The notes beneath the pieces are model-generated. The model had not been told where the DNA came from and did not search any database. It saw only the letters and a list, made by a program, of their open reading frames with translations. Positions 46,679-55,473 of a stretch of 64,000 nt of DNA are shown here, in pieces. Where the stretch lies: positions 1 through 64,000 of IMG/VR virus record IMGVR_UViG_3300036770_003984; one strand, given 5' to 3'. The stretch's first letter is position 1. Each line of letters begins with the position of its first letter. Position numbers and translations under genes: made by a program. The DNA is from a virus.

Positions 46679-48298
46679 TTAATCTTCAACATCTAACCAA
46701 CCTAAATCAATTGGTCCATCATCTGTTGACTTTTGGTCGTATTTTTTCTTTGAATATGATGGGAAATCCTTTTTTAAATTTGTTGTCATCTCTCTTGCCT
46801 TTTCAATTATTTCTTCAACAAATGACTCTGCGTATGGGTCTAAATCTTTACCAATAGTTAAAGATTGAACTAATTTTTTTAATTTACCTTTATTTGCAAT
46901 ATCTTCATCTTCTACTTCTGAGAAGTATTTTAAAACCCCTGGAATTAATTCTCTCTGTTCGTCTTCATTAGGTACAATTTCATTAAATATTTCATAAAAT
47001 CTTTTGAAGAAAACTTCAGAGAATACTAAATCATATGCTTCAATTTCAAGTGAAGTTGCCGCACGTTTAGCTAAAGCTCTTTGTTCGTCACTAGTAGTTC
47101 CTCCACCAGCGGCAGAAGTGAAAAACATTATTGTACCTTTAACTAATTCGTGTACTAAAAGAGGTAAAGTAGATGCTCTTGCTCTTACTGTGAATGCACC
47201 CCCAAAATCAAGTTCTTCTTCATCTTCTTCATCTTCATAATCACCACCCATATCACCACCTGTTTCACCAGTTTCTTCAGGAGATAATACCTCAACTTGT
47301 CCTATTTGTCCACCACCTGATGTACCTATTCCCCCAATGTCATCAAATAACCAATACATATGTAACATAATTGGTTGTATTACGTTAGAAATTTCTAATA
47401 TTCTTTCACCTCCAGGTAATTCTTGTATTTTTCTCATACAAATTTTGTATGCGTCAGCGTAATACAATGCCATACCTCTTCTAAAATAATTTATTATCAT
47501 TCTGTTTGTTACGGCATCAGAAAATTCTTCTTTTGCTTTTTCTAATGTTTCAGGTGAAATTTTGAATGTGGATTGTATTGCTTCTTTAGCTTTTTCTTCA
47601 TCAAACTCAATACCCATTGATTCAAAATCATTTTTTAAATCTTCTAATTTTTGAGTTTTTTCAGCATCAATATCTGCGAATTTGTCTAAAATTTCTTCAT
47701 CACTTATTTTATCAGCTTTAGCTTTCATACTTGAAAGTTTTGGCAGGAATCCATAACTTAATTCCCCATCCAATTGTATCATTTTTGTAAAAAACTTGTT
47801 ATCAATACCCATAGCTTTTTCAACAGATTCCATAGCTATTTGTTCAAGTTCTTCTTTGTTTCCCATTTGTAACCTTGTTAATTCACCCATAAGTTTTTGT
47901 ACAATAGTCATAAGAGTTCTAAACGCGGTTACAGAATCAGATTTAAAATTAGGATTTGAAATATTCAAACGTCTTGCGATATCAGAATCACGACCAATTA
48001 ATTCTTCTAGTCGTTGTATTGAAAACTTAAAAGCTTCTGAGGTAAAAAAATCAACTTGAGGTTGAGTAAGACCAAATTTATTCAAAGGTAATTCACCCCT
48101 TTCAATTTTTGATTGTAAAGTTCTACTTGGACGTGCACCACCAACTTCAGGTCCAAATGTCATTTCATCTTCTTTAATTAAAGATTCAATTTCATTTAAA
48201 ATTTGATTTTCTTTTTTTGTTAAACCTTCACTTAAAAGTTTATATTTTAAACCTTGTCTGGTTTCTTTTAAAAGAGATATTTTATTTTTTAAGCTCAT
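46679..48298 (-). CDS. hypothetical head-associated protein
   Basis: Leader MSLKNKISLLKE; LLVHELVKG motif. Confidence 0.8.
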   Translation of the reverse strand: MSLKNKISLLKETRQGLKYKLLSEGLTKKENQILNEIESLIKEDEMTFGPEVGGARPSRTLQSKIERGELPLNKFGLTQPQVDFFTSEAFKFSIQRLEELIGRDSDIARRLNISNPNFKSDSVTAFRTLMTIVQKLMGELTRLQMGNKEELEQIAMESVEKAMGIDNKFFTKMIQLDGELSYGFLPKLSSMKAKADKISDEEILDKFADIDAEKTQKLEDLKNDFESMGIEFDEEKAKEAIQSTFKISPETLEKAKEEFSDAVTNRMIINYFRRGMALYYADAYKICMRKIQELPGGERILEISNVIQPIMLHMYWLFDDIGGIGTSGGGQIGQVEVLSPEETGETGGDMGGDYEDEEDEEELDFGGAFTVRARASTLPLLVHELVKGTIMFFTSAAGGGTTSDEQRALAKRAATSLEIEAYDLVFSEVFFKRFYEIFNEIVPNEDEQRELIPGVLKYFSEVEDEDIANKGKLKKLVQSLTIGKDLDPYAESFVEEIIEKAREMTTNLKKDFPSYSKKKYDQKSTDDGPIDLGWLDVED

Positions 48299-48307
48299 AT
48301 TTTTTTT

Positions 48308-49255
48308 TTAGATTAAACGATGTTTTTTAACTTGTGACATAAAATAGTCTAAACCTTCAGATTGTTCACCTTTTCTTTTTGCTTCAGCTGGGTCTTTATC
48401 TGGTTTTTTAAAAGGATTACCAGTTTTTTTCTTTTCTTCCTTTTCTGTTTCAGTTTCCTTTTCAGTTTCTGTTTCAGTATTACCTTTATATTTTTTTCTT
48501 CTTGCTTCAGCTGGGTCTTTATCTGGTTTTTTAAAAGGATTACCAGTTTTTTTCTTTTCTTCCTTTTCTGTTTCAGTCTCAGTTTCTTTTTCTTTGGTAT
48601 CACCCATTGTTGTTTCAATCAATCGGATTAAATCTCTCTTAGTCATAGTTGGTTTTAAATTTTTTTCGATTATATTTTCTAAATGATTACGAAGTTTTGA
48701 TTCACTAGTCAACTTAGGATTTAATAAACTACCCATATTTGATTTCATTTGACCTGTTATTGCTGCTGTAAGTGCTTTATTATAATCAACAACTTCATTT
48801 GTTTCTTTCTTCTTATATTTTACAGTCTTTTCAGGATGTTTTTTTTCTGGCATTTTTTCATATTGTTTTTTTGATGTACTCTTTGAAAATTCTTTTGCCA
48901 TTTTACACCATTTACAATCGTCATCTTTACACTTATTACATCTAGCCCAAAATAATCCTTGTTGAGCCTTAGACTCAAATTTTTCTTTTATTTCAGATTC
49001 CATAGGAGTTATTGTTGTTTTTCCACCTGTAGTATCTACTTCCATATTACCAATCGTAGTTTTAGAATTATCTTTTACAACATAACCTGTTTTAGTAACT
49101 GGTGTTGTATTTGGTGGTGTTGTTGTCTGTTCGGTTGTTTCCTTCCTTGACATTTTTTCAAACAACAAATTTATTTTACCCTCATTAAGGGTTGATATAA
49201 ATTGGGGATTTAATCCTCTATCCAACAAAAATCCAATTTTTTTATTTAGATTCAT
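48308..49255 (-). CDS. hypothetical protein with internal duplication and CxxC motifs
   Basis: WARCNKCKDDDCKWC; duplicated ETEKEEKKKTGNPFKKPDKDPAEA. Confidence 0.8.
   Translation of the reverse strand: MNLNKKIGFLLDRGLNPQFISTLNEGKINLLFEKMSRKETTEQTTTPPNTTPVTKTGYVVKDNSKTTIGNMEVDTTGGKTTITPMESEIKEKFESKAQQGLFWARCNKCKDDDCKWCKMAKEFSKSTSKKQYEKMPEKKHPEKTVKYKKKETNEVVDYNKALTAAITGQMKSNMGSLLNPKLTSESKLRNHLENIIEKNLKPTMTKRDLIRLIETTMGDTKEKETETETEKEEKKKTGNPFKKPDKDPAEARRKKYKGNTETETEKETETEKEEKKKTGNPFKKPDKDPAEAKRKGEQSEGLDYFMSQVKKHRLI
48381..48577 (-). repeat. direct repeat of about 74 nt, period 123 nt
   Basis: gcttcagctgggtctttatctgg... at 48381 and 48504. Confidence 0.9.
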
Positions 49256-49655
49256 AACTCAATTTTTTTTCGTATTCAAGGACAATGTCCCTCGCGTATA
49301 ACTTATTTTTTATAGATTCTTCACTCTCACCAAATCTAAATACCAATCTTTTAACCAAATCAAAATTTATATATTCACTTTCATTCTCCCAAGCCAAAGC
49401 AATAACATCATCAATTGAATCTTGCATTGAAAAATAATCAGACTTTTGAATTACAGAAAAAGAAATTTCATCATTTTTCAAAACTCCAACTTTTTTTATA
49501 TGTAAAATATCTGGGGGTAAAGGATAACCATTAGCTGGTTTTGATTCCCAATATTCCCCCCAAATATCATCAACTTTATCTGAAAAAATAAATTCGTAAA
49601 TATTATCACCTTTATAATTTGGTCCTAATTCATTAACAAAAATTAAAAACATCAT
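49242..49655 (-). CDS. hypothetical protein
   Basis: ORF track; coupled to both neighbours. Confidence 0.8.
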   Translation of the reverse strand: MMFLIFVNELGPNYKGDNIYEFIFSDKVDDIWGEYWESKPANGYPLPPDILHIKKVGVLKNDEISFSVIQKSDYFSMQDSIDDVIALAWENESEYINFDLVKRLVFRFGESEESIKNKLYARDIVLEYEKKLSYESK

Positions 49656-50917
49656 TTTACATTACCATTTGGAGAAATATAAAATCTTTCATTGTACATT
49701 TCAAATACTAATTGACCTTTTGTATCCTTACCCAATAATTTAGCTTTTGGATACTTGTTCAAAAATCTATGAGCAGAATCTTCTTGTTCATAACTCTCAC
49801 TTATTTTTTGAATTGTATTTGATTTTTTATTTGTTGTTTTTGGAATAAAATAATTACTCAAAACTTTATCAATTTTAGATTCAGAATATAATGATTGTCT
49901 ATTGAATGATTGTCTATTTTTCATACTTCTAGCATCTCTTCCCATTGGAAAATCTTCGCCCATTTCACCTTGAGGTTGTCTTGGCGGTGTTTGTGGTGCT
50001 GATTGTCCACCCATCATACCTTCTTCATCCCCCATCATTCCTTCTTCATCACCCATCATTCCTTCTTCATCACCCATCATTCCTTGTTCGTCATCTACTT
50101 CCAATTCGTATTCAGTTTCACCACCTTCAAACTTAGACATTACTTTTTCTTTATCTTCAGCCTCAAGATTATCTATAGGTAGTGCTGAAATAACTGAATT
50201 CAAAATATAAAGAACATCTTGTGATGTTAATTGATTTTCTTCATCTTGCAAGAATTGTCTTACTTTTTGAGCTAATTTACCAGTGTATTTTTGTAAAACC
50301 TTAATTGTGACTTGTTCATCGTCATCTTCTGGATTTTCGTCCATTCCCATATCATCCATTGGCATATCTTCATCACCCATATCATCCATTGGCATATCAT
50401 CCATTCCCATATCTTCACCACCCATATCACCTTCAGGTGAGCCTTGTGGTGCTTGAGCTGGTTGTGGCGCGGGTGCTGGTTGTTGTGGTGCTGGTTGTGG
50501 AGCGGGTCTTTGTTGTTGCTGTTGTGGTTGTTCATCCAAAGTTAAATAATATTTTTCTTCAGAATCACCTTCAAACAAAGATATGTTATGTTCGTACCCT
50601 TCAATAGAATTTACTTCTTTAGTTATAATATTTAATCTTTTTAGGGCTTGTGAATATGATGGATAAAATTTCCTATTTTTCATAGGGTCAATATATTCAC
50701 TTGTTGATTCATTTAAACCTTTTTTGATTACATATCCAACTTTCTCTTTAACAATAAAATATGTTTCGTTATCTGCTAAAGTTTTTTTATAATCAAAAGA
50801 ATGTGTTTCATTTATTGGTTTTGGAATGTTCAAATTATAGTTTGAAATTTCAATCATACGTCTGATTGCATCCATTCCTTGTAACTTTTCACTACCTATT
50901 GGTCTTAATTTTCCCAT
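49652..50917 (-). CDS. hypothetical protein with low-complexity Q/P and DDMG/DEEGMMG repeats
   Basis: ORF track; TATTTAT at 50939-50945. Confidence 0.8.
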   Translation of the reverse strand: MGKLRPIGSEKLQGMDAIRRMIEISNYNLNIPKPINETHSFDYKKTLADNETYFIVKEKVGYVIKKGLNESTSEYIDPMKNRKFYPSYSQALKRLNIITKEVNSIEGYEHNISLFEGDSEEKYYLTLDEQPQQQQQRPAPQPAPQQPAPAPQPAQAPQGSPEGDMGGEDMGMDDMPMDDMGDEDMPMDDMGMDENPEDDDEQVTIKVLQKYTGKLAQKVRQFLQDEENQLTSQDVLYILNSVISALPIDNLEAEDKEKVMSKFEGGETEYELEVDDEQGMMGDEEGMMGDEEGMMGDEEGMMGGQSAPQTPPRQPQGEMGEDFPMGRDARSMKNRQSFNRQSLYSESKIDKVLSNYFIPKTTNKKSNTIQKISESYEQEDSAHRFLNKYPKAKLLGKDTKGQLVFEMYNERFYISPNGNVK

Positions 50918-50952
50918 AATATTTTTTGTTTTTATAATATAAATATACAGAA

Positions 50953-51699
50953 TTATTTAATTCTTAATTTTTCATCCAAAGAAAGTTTTTTATCAATAAG
51001 TTTTGTTGGTATATTATATAATTTCTCAATATAACCATTACGTCTCAAAACTTTAAAGACTAAATTTTCTAATCCCAATTCACCAGATTTATCTAAACCA
51101 CTTATTCTATATTTTTTTAATTTATCTTTAATCACTTTTACACCATTACGAATTGTTTCAATATCTTCACCTTCCAAATGTTTAATTAAATTATCAATAA
51201 TTCGCATCCATTTTTTAACGTTAATTGTAATGTCTTCATTACTAGCTTTCATTTTTTCTTTGATTGGTTTTTTAATCCATTCATCATTTAGAATAGAATA
51301 AATACCACCACTAACACCTTTATCATCAATACCCTCAACATATGCTTCAACATCATAACCAAAAATTTTTATGTTTCTTTTTTGATTAAAAACTATTTTT
51401 TTTAAATCAAAATATTCAACATACATATCTTTAAGTTTATCTGAAAATTGTTTGTAATCTACTAATATGTGTAAATCAACATCCGAATATTCTGACCAAT
51501 TATAATTCGCAATTGAACCTTTAACAATAATATCATCAATTACAACATCCACCCCAAAAGAATCAATGAATTGATTTGCAATTTCTAGTAAATGCTTTCT
51601 AACATTTGGATTCATTATTGAACCACCATCAACCCAAATTTTTGGTTGTAATGTTGAATTTAATTTAAAACTAGATATAACTTTATTTAAACTTTCCAT
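50953..51699 (-). CDS. Pol-beta-superfamily nucleotidyltransferase
   Basis: GSIANYNWSEYSDVDLHI (GS...DxD motif). Confidence 0.75.
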   Translation of the reverse strand: MESLNKVISSFKLNSTLQPKIWVDGGSIMNPNVRKHLLEIANQFIDSFGVDVVIDDIIVKGSIANYNWSEYSDVDLHILVDYKQFSDKLKDMYVEYFDLKKIVFNQKRNIKIFGYDVEAYVEGIDDKGVSGGIYSILNDEWIKKPIKEKMKASNEDITINVKKWMRIIDNLIKHLEGEDIETIRNGVKVIKDKLKKYRISGLDKSGELGLENLVFKVLRRNGYIEKLYNIPTKLIDKKLSLDEKLRIK

Positions 51700-51731
51700 A
51701 AATGATAAATATTAGTGCACCACTATAATTA

Positions 51732-51974
51732 TCACAATTTTCTATATTGGTATGATTTTGCTATTTTGGAATTAAAAAACTTACCTTGAGATTCCGACAT
51801 CCTAAATTGGGTATACACTTGATGGGGGACATTTTCATAGGAGTATCTGAGTCCGTTGTTAAATTCCACAACTAACTCTTTTGTTTCTGTATCAAATTCT
51901 GTCTTTTTAATATTACTTGACTGAATTTCATTAATAATTTTTGTACCTCTGATTTCTTCTCTTAAAATTGCCAT
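51732..51974 (-). CDS. KTSC-domain protein
   Basis: SSNIKKTEFD...LVVEFNNG..YSYENVP..VY..F..SESQGKFFN. Confidence 0.88.
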   Translation of the reverse strand: MAILREEIRGTKIINEIQSSNIKKTEFDTETKELVVEFNNGLRYSYENVPHQVYTQFRMSESQGKFFNSKIAKSYQYRKL

Positions 51975-51988
51975 AATATTTTAAATTT

Positions 51989-52013
51989 AAAAACCCCTCT
52001 AAACTGAGGGGTT
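51989..52013 (-). terminator. intrinsic terminator
   Basis: aaaaacccctc-taaact-gaggggtt. Confidence 0.75.
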
Positions 52014-52017
52014 ATAA

Positions 52018-52452
52018 TTAGTTTATTTTTTTTAATTCATCTCGGATTTCAATCGCTCTTTCAAAATTTTGTTCTTTAATCGCGACATCCAACTCTTTTT
52101 TCAAATCTTTAACCTTAGATGAGTTATTCTCAAGTTCTTTAATTTTATCTCTTAATCTTGCAGCTTCCTCAAAATCTTGATTTGATACACATTCATCTAG
52201 TTTAGATTTCAACTCATTAACTTCACTCTTATCATTAAATGGTGGATTAGTAAAAATGAAACTAATAGTTGTGAATAATCCATCATTTGATTCTTTAATT
52301 GACTTTCTATATTTTTTAATTTCTTTTGAAATGTCATCTGGGTTTAACCCTTTTAAAAATCCATCCATAGGAGTATTAAATTTCTGATTGTCTTGATTGA
52401 AAATTTCATTTAAAATTTCCTCAAATCTTTTATAAAAATCTTTACTGTTCAT
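52018..52452 (-). CDS. tandem UVR (UvrB/C) motif protein
   Basis: QDFEEAARLRDKIKEL and QNFERAIEIRDELKKI; likely start MNSKDFY at 52452. Confidence 0.8.
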   Translation of the reverse strand: MNSKDFYKRFEEILNEIFNQDNQKFNTPMDGFLKGLNPDDISKEIKKYRKSIKESNDGLFTTISFIFTNPPFNDKSEVNELKSKLDECVSNQDFEEAARLRDKIKELENNSSKVKDLKKELDVAIKEQNFERAIEIRDELKKIN

Positions 52453-52537
52453 AATATTATATTTTTTAAAGTTTATTTTCATTTTTATAATCCAATTATA
52501 TACCAATTAAATTAACTAGTCAAGAATTAAAAAAAAT

Positions 52538-52554
52538 ACTGACAATTTGTCAGT
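52538..52554. promoter_or_regulatory. inverted-repeat operator candidate ACTGACA-N3-TGTCAGT
   Basis: Perfect 7-bp arms in the divergent UVR/clpC intergenic region. Confidence 0.55.
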
Positions 52555-52608
52555 TTAACATAGTTGAAAATGTAAAAATAAATATTATAATTAGTTAAAA
52601 ACAAAAAT

Positions 52609-54639
52609 ATGATAGAATCAAAAGATGGAGATTACTCAACAAAAGGTAAAGGTGATACCCCAGTGTTAAATAATTTTGCAAAAGATTTAATCAAACTTGC
52701 CGAAGAAGGAAAATTAGACCCTGTTGTAGGTAGAGATAGAGAAATAACAAGAATCGCCCAAATATTATCAAGAAGAAAAAAGAATAACCCAATCATAATA
52801 GGTGAACCTGGTTGTGGTAAAACTGCCATAGTAGAAGGTTTGGCCTTAAAAATATTGAATGGTGAATGTCCAAGAAATCTAATGGATAAAAGAATTATGT
52901 CCTTGGATATGACATCAATTGTTGCGGGAACAAAATATCGTGGACAATTTGAGGAAAGAATGAAAGTTATTATTGAAGAACTTCAATCAGCCCCAAATAT
53001 AATTCTTTTCATTGATGAAATACACCAAATCGTTGGTGCTGGAAATTCATCAGGTTCATTGGATGCGTCAAACATTTTTAAACCAGCTTTGGCAAGGGGT
53101 GAAATACAATGTATTGGTGCAACAACATTAGATGAATATAGAAAGAATTTTGAAAAAGATGGGGCATTAGAAAGACGTTTCCAAAAAGTAATTGTTGACC
53201 CTTCTTCAAAAGAAGAAACCTTACAGATTTTAATCAATGTTAAAGACAAATATGAAAATTATCATAAAGTAAGTTATAGTGATGATATTCTAAAACTTTG
53301 TGTTGATTTGGCTGAAAGATATATTACAGATAGAGAATTCCCAGATAAAGCATTTGATATTATTGATGAGGTTGGAGCTAGAAGTCAAGTTGACACTAAG
53401 ATGCCACAAATCATTGAAGACTTGAAACAAAAAGCTCAAGATATCAAACAACAAAAGATTGAAGTTGTTAAAAGTCAGAACTATGAATTAGCCGCAGATT
53501 TACGTGATAAAGAAACAAAAATATTGGATAAATTAGAATCTGAAAAGAAAAAATTTGAATCTGACTTATTAACCAAAAAGAAAGAAATTTCAGTTGAATT
53601 GGTATATGAAGTGGTATCTAATATGACCAAAATACCAGTATCAAAAATGAACTCAGATGAAACAAATAAACTTTCATCATTAGCTGATAATCTTTCATCT
53701 AAAGTCATTGGTCAATCTGAAGCGGTATCCAAAATTGCTAAATCAATCCGTAGAAACAGACTTGGTATTAAAGACCCAAGTAAACCTATAGGTTCATTTA
53801 TTTTCTTAGGTTCAACTGGTGTTGGTAAAACATATTTAGCAAAACAATTGGCAAAAGAAATATTTGGTAGTGAAGATAATCTTATCCGAGTTGATATGTC
53901 AGAATTCCAAGAAAAACATTCAATATCAAGATTGATTGGTTCTCCTCCAGGTTATGTTGGTTATGATGAGGGTGGGCAATTAACTGAACAAGTTAAAAAT
54001 AAACCATATTCGGTTATTCTATTTGACGAAATTGAAAAGGCTAATAAAGATGTATTCTCGACATTACTTCAGGTATTAGATGATGGACATCTTACTGATG
54101 GATTGGGAAGAAAAATTAACTTCAAAAATTGTATCATAATTATGACCTCCAATCTTGGGGTTAAAAAATTCCAAGAATTTGGAACTGGTGTTGGATTCAA
54201 AACAAGTACAAATTCTTATATTGAGGAAGAAGAAAAAAGAGATATTCTCAAGAAAGAACTTAAAAAGTTTTTTGCTCCTGAGTTCTTAAATCGTATTGAT
54301 GAAATTATTGTATTTAATACATTGAAAGAAGAAGAAGTTAAACAAATTGTAAAACTTGAAATTGAAAAATTAATGAATAGATTAAATGGATTAAATTACA
54401 ATATAACTTGTGATGAATCTGTTTACGATTTAATTTCAAAAGTTGGGTTTGATGAAACATATGGTGCAAGACCAATAAAACGAGCCATACAAGACAAAAT
54501 TGAAGATTTCATATCAGAGGAAGTACTTAACGGAAATGTTGTTGAGAATCAAAATTATGAACTCACAACCAATGAAGAAAACATAGTGTTTAAAGAAAAA
54601 GAAGTTAAAAAATCAAAAAAGAAAAAAGGGACTGAATAG
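52609..54639 (+). CDS. clpC: ClpC-type AAA+ ATPase lacking the N-terminal repeat domain
   Basis: Walker A GEPGCGKT and GSTGVGKT, UVR-like M-domain NYELAADLRD, GSPPGYVGY, VGF loop. Confidence 0.9.
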   Translation: MIESKDGDYSTKGKGDTPVLNNFAKDLIKLAEEGKLDPVVGRDREITRIAQILSRRKKNNPIIIGEPGCGKTAIVEGLALKILNGECPRNLMDKRIMSLDMTSIVAGTKYRGQFEERMKVIIEELQSAPNIILFIDEIHQIVGAGNSSGSLDASNIFKPALARGEIQCIGATTLDEYRKNFEKDGALERRFQKVIVDPSSKEETLQILINVKDKYENYHKVSYSDDILKLCVDLAERYITDREFPDKAFDIIDEVGARSQVDTKMPQIIEDLKQKAQDIKQQKIEVVKSQNYELAADLRDKETKILDKLESEKKKFESDLLTKKKEISVELVYEVVSNMTKIPVSKMNSDETNKLSSLADNLSSKVIGQSEAVSKIAKSIRRNRLGIKDPSKPIGSFIFLGSTGVGKTYLAKQLAKEIFGSEDNLIRVDMSEFQEKHSISRLIGSPPGYVGYDEGGQLTEQVKNKPYSVILFDEIEKANKDVFSTLLQVLDDGHLTDGLGRKINFKNCIIIMTSNLGVKKFQEFGTGVGFKTSTNSYIEEEEKRDILKKELKKFFAPEFLNRIDEIIVFNTLKEEEVKQIVKLEIEKLMNRLNGLNYNITCDESVYDLISKVGFDETYGARPIKRAIQDKIEDFISEEVLNGNVVENQNYELTTNEENIVFKEKEVKKSKKKKGTE

Positions 54640-54650
54640 TCCCTTTTTTT
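54622..54650. terminator. bidirectional terminator
   Basis: aaaaaagggact-gaat-agtccctttttt between convergent genes. Confidence 0.85.
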
Positions 54651-55464
54651 ATAGTAAAAATTTACTTGGTTTAACCTCTTCAAAATATTTCACATTCCCC
54701 AAATCATTAATCATTTTCTTTGCAATTTCCAATGTATTAAAAACATCCTCAACAATTACATATTCGTGTTTTGTGTGGTAGTTATAATACCCTACAGCAA
54801 AATTTATACAAGAGAAATCAAATTGGTTTTTAAGTGCATAAACATCAGTATAAGGGTGTGATTGATATTTGTTTCGGTTATCAAATCCCTCAGTTAACAC
54901 CTTATCACATTTGCTGAAGAATTCTGACTTCTTATCAAATAATTTTGTCCCCATACAATATTCACTAACCATCCAATTACCTGGGGCATCAAATTGAATA
55001 ACATATCCAACATTTGAGAAAAACTCTTTATCAGCATTCTTTGAACCATGACAACCAGTTTCTTCAGAGACAAAAAATGCCGCTTTAACATTTGGTAAAT
55101 TTTTTAATAATTCCAAACATACATAAACACCACATTTGTCATCCCCACCTATCCCTGTTGGTTGATTGTTATCGTTATATGCCTTTAATGCCAATTTTAA
55201 TTCCTTTTGGTCATTGGGTAACATCATTTCTTTAATGTTGATTGTATCCAATTCGTGGACTGTGTCGGTATGTGCAACAACACAAGGGAAATATTCAATA
55301 TCATCCGTTTGTTTGGTTGCATAAACATTACCCATCTTATCAACTTGATAAGGGATATTGTTTTCAGTTAACCATTCACATAGGAATTGAATCATTAAGT
55401 CCTCTTTGTATGTCTTGGTAGGTATGGACAAAACCTTTTTGAGTAAATCGTAATTGTGTTTCAT
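54649..55464 (-). CDS. M28/M20-family metallopeptidase
   Basis: AHTDTVH, GGDDKCG, SEETG, QFD, YHTKHE metal ligands. Confidence 0.85.
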   Translation of the reverse strand: MKHNYDLLKKVLSIPTKTYKEDLMIQFLCEWLTENNIPYQVDKMGNVYATKQTDDIEYFPCVVAHTDTVHELDTINIKEMMLPNDQKELKLALKAYNDNNQPTGIGGDDKCGVYVCLELLKNLPNVKAAFFVSEETGCHGSKNADKEFFSNVGYVIQFDAPGNWMVSEYCMGTKLFDKKSEFFSKCDKVLTEGFDNRNKYQSHPYTDVYALKNQFDFSCINFAVGYYNYHTKHEYVIVEDVFNTLEIAKKMINDLGNVKYFEEVKPSKFLL

Positions 55465-55473
55465 GACACAATA

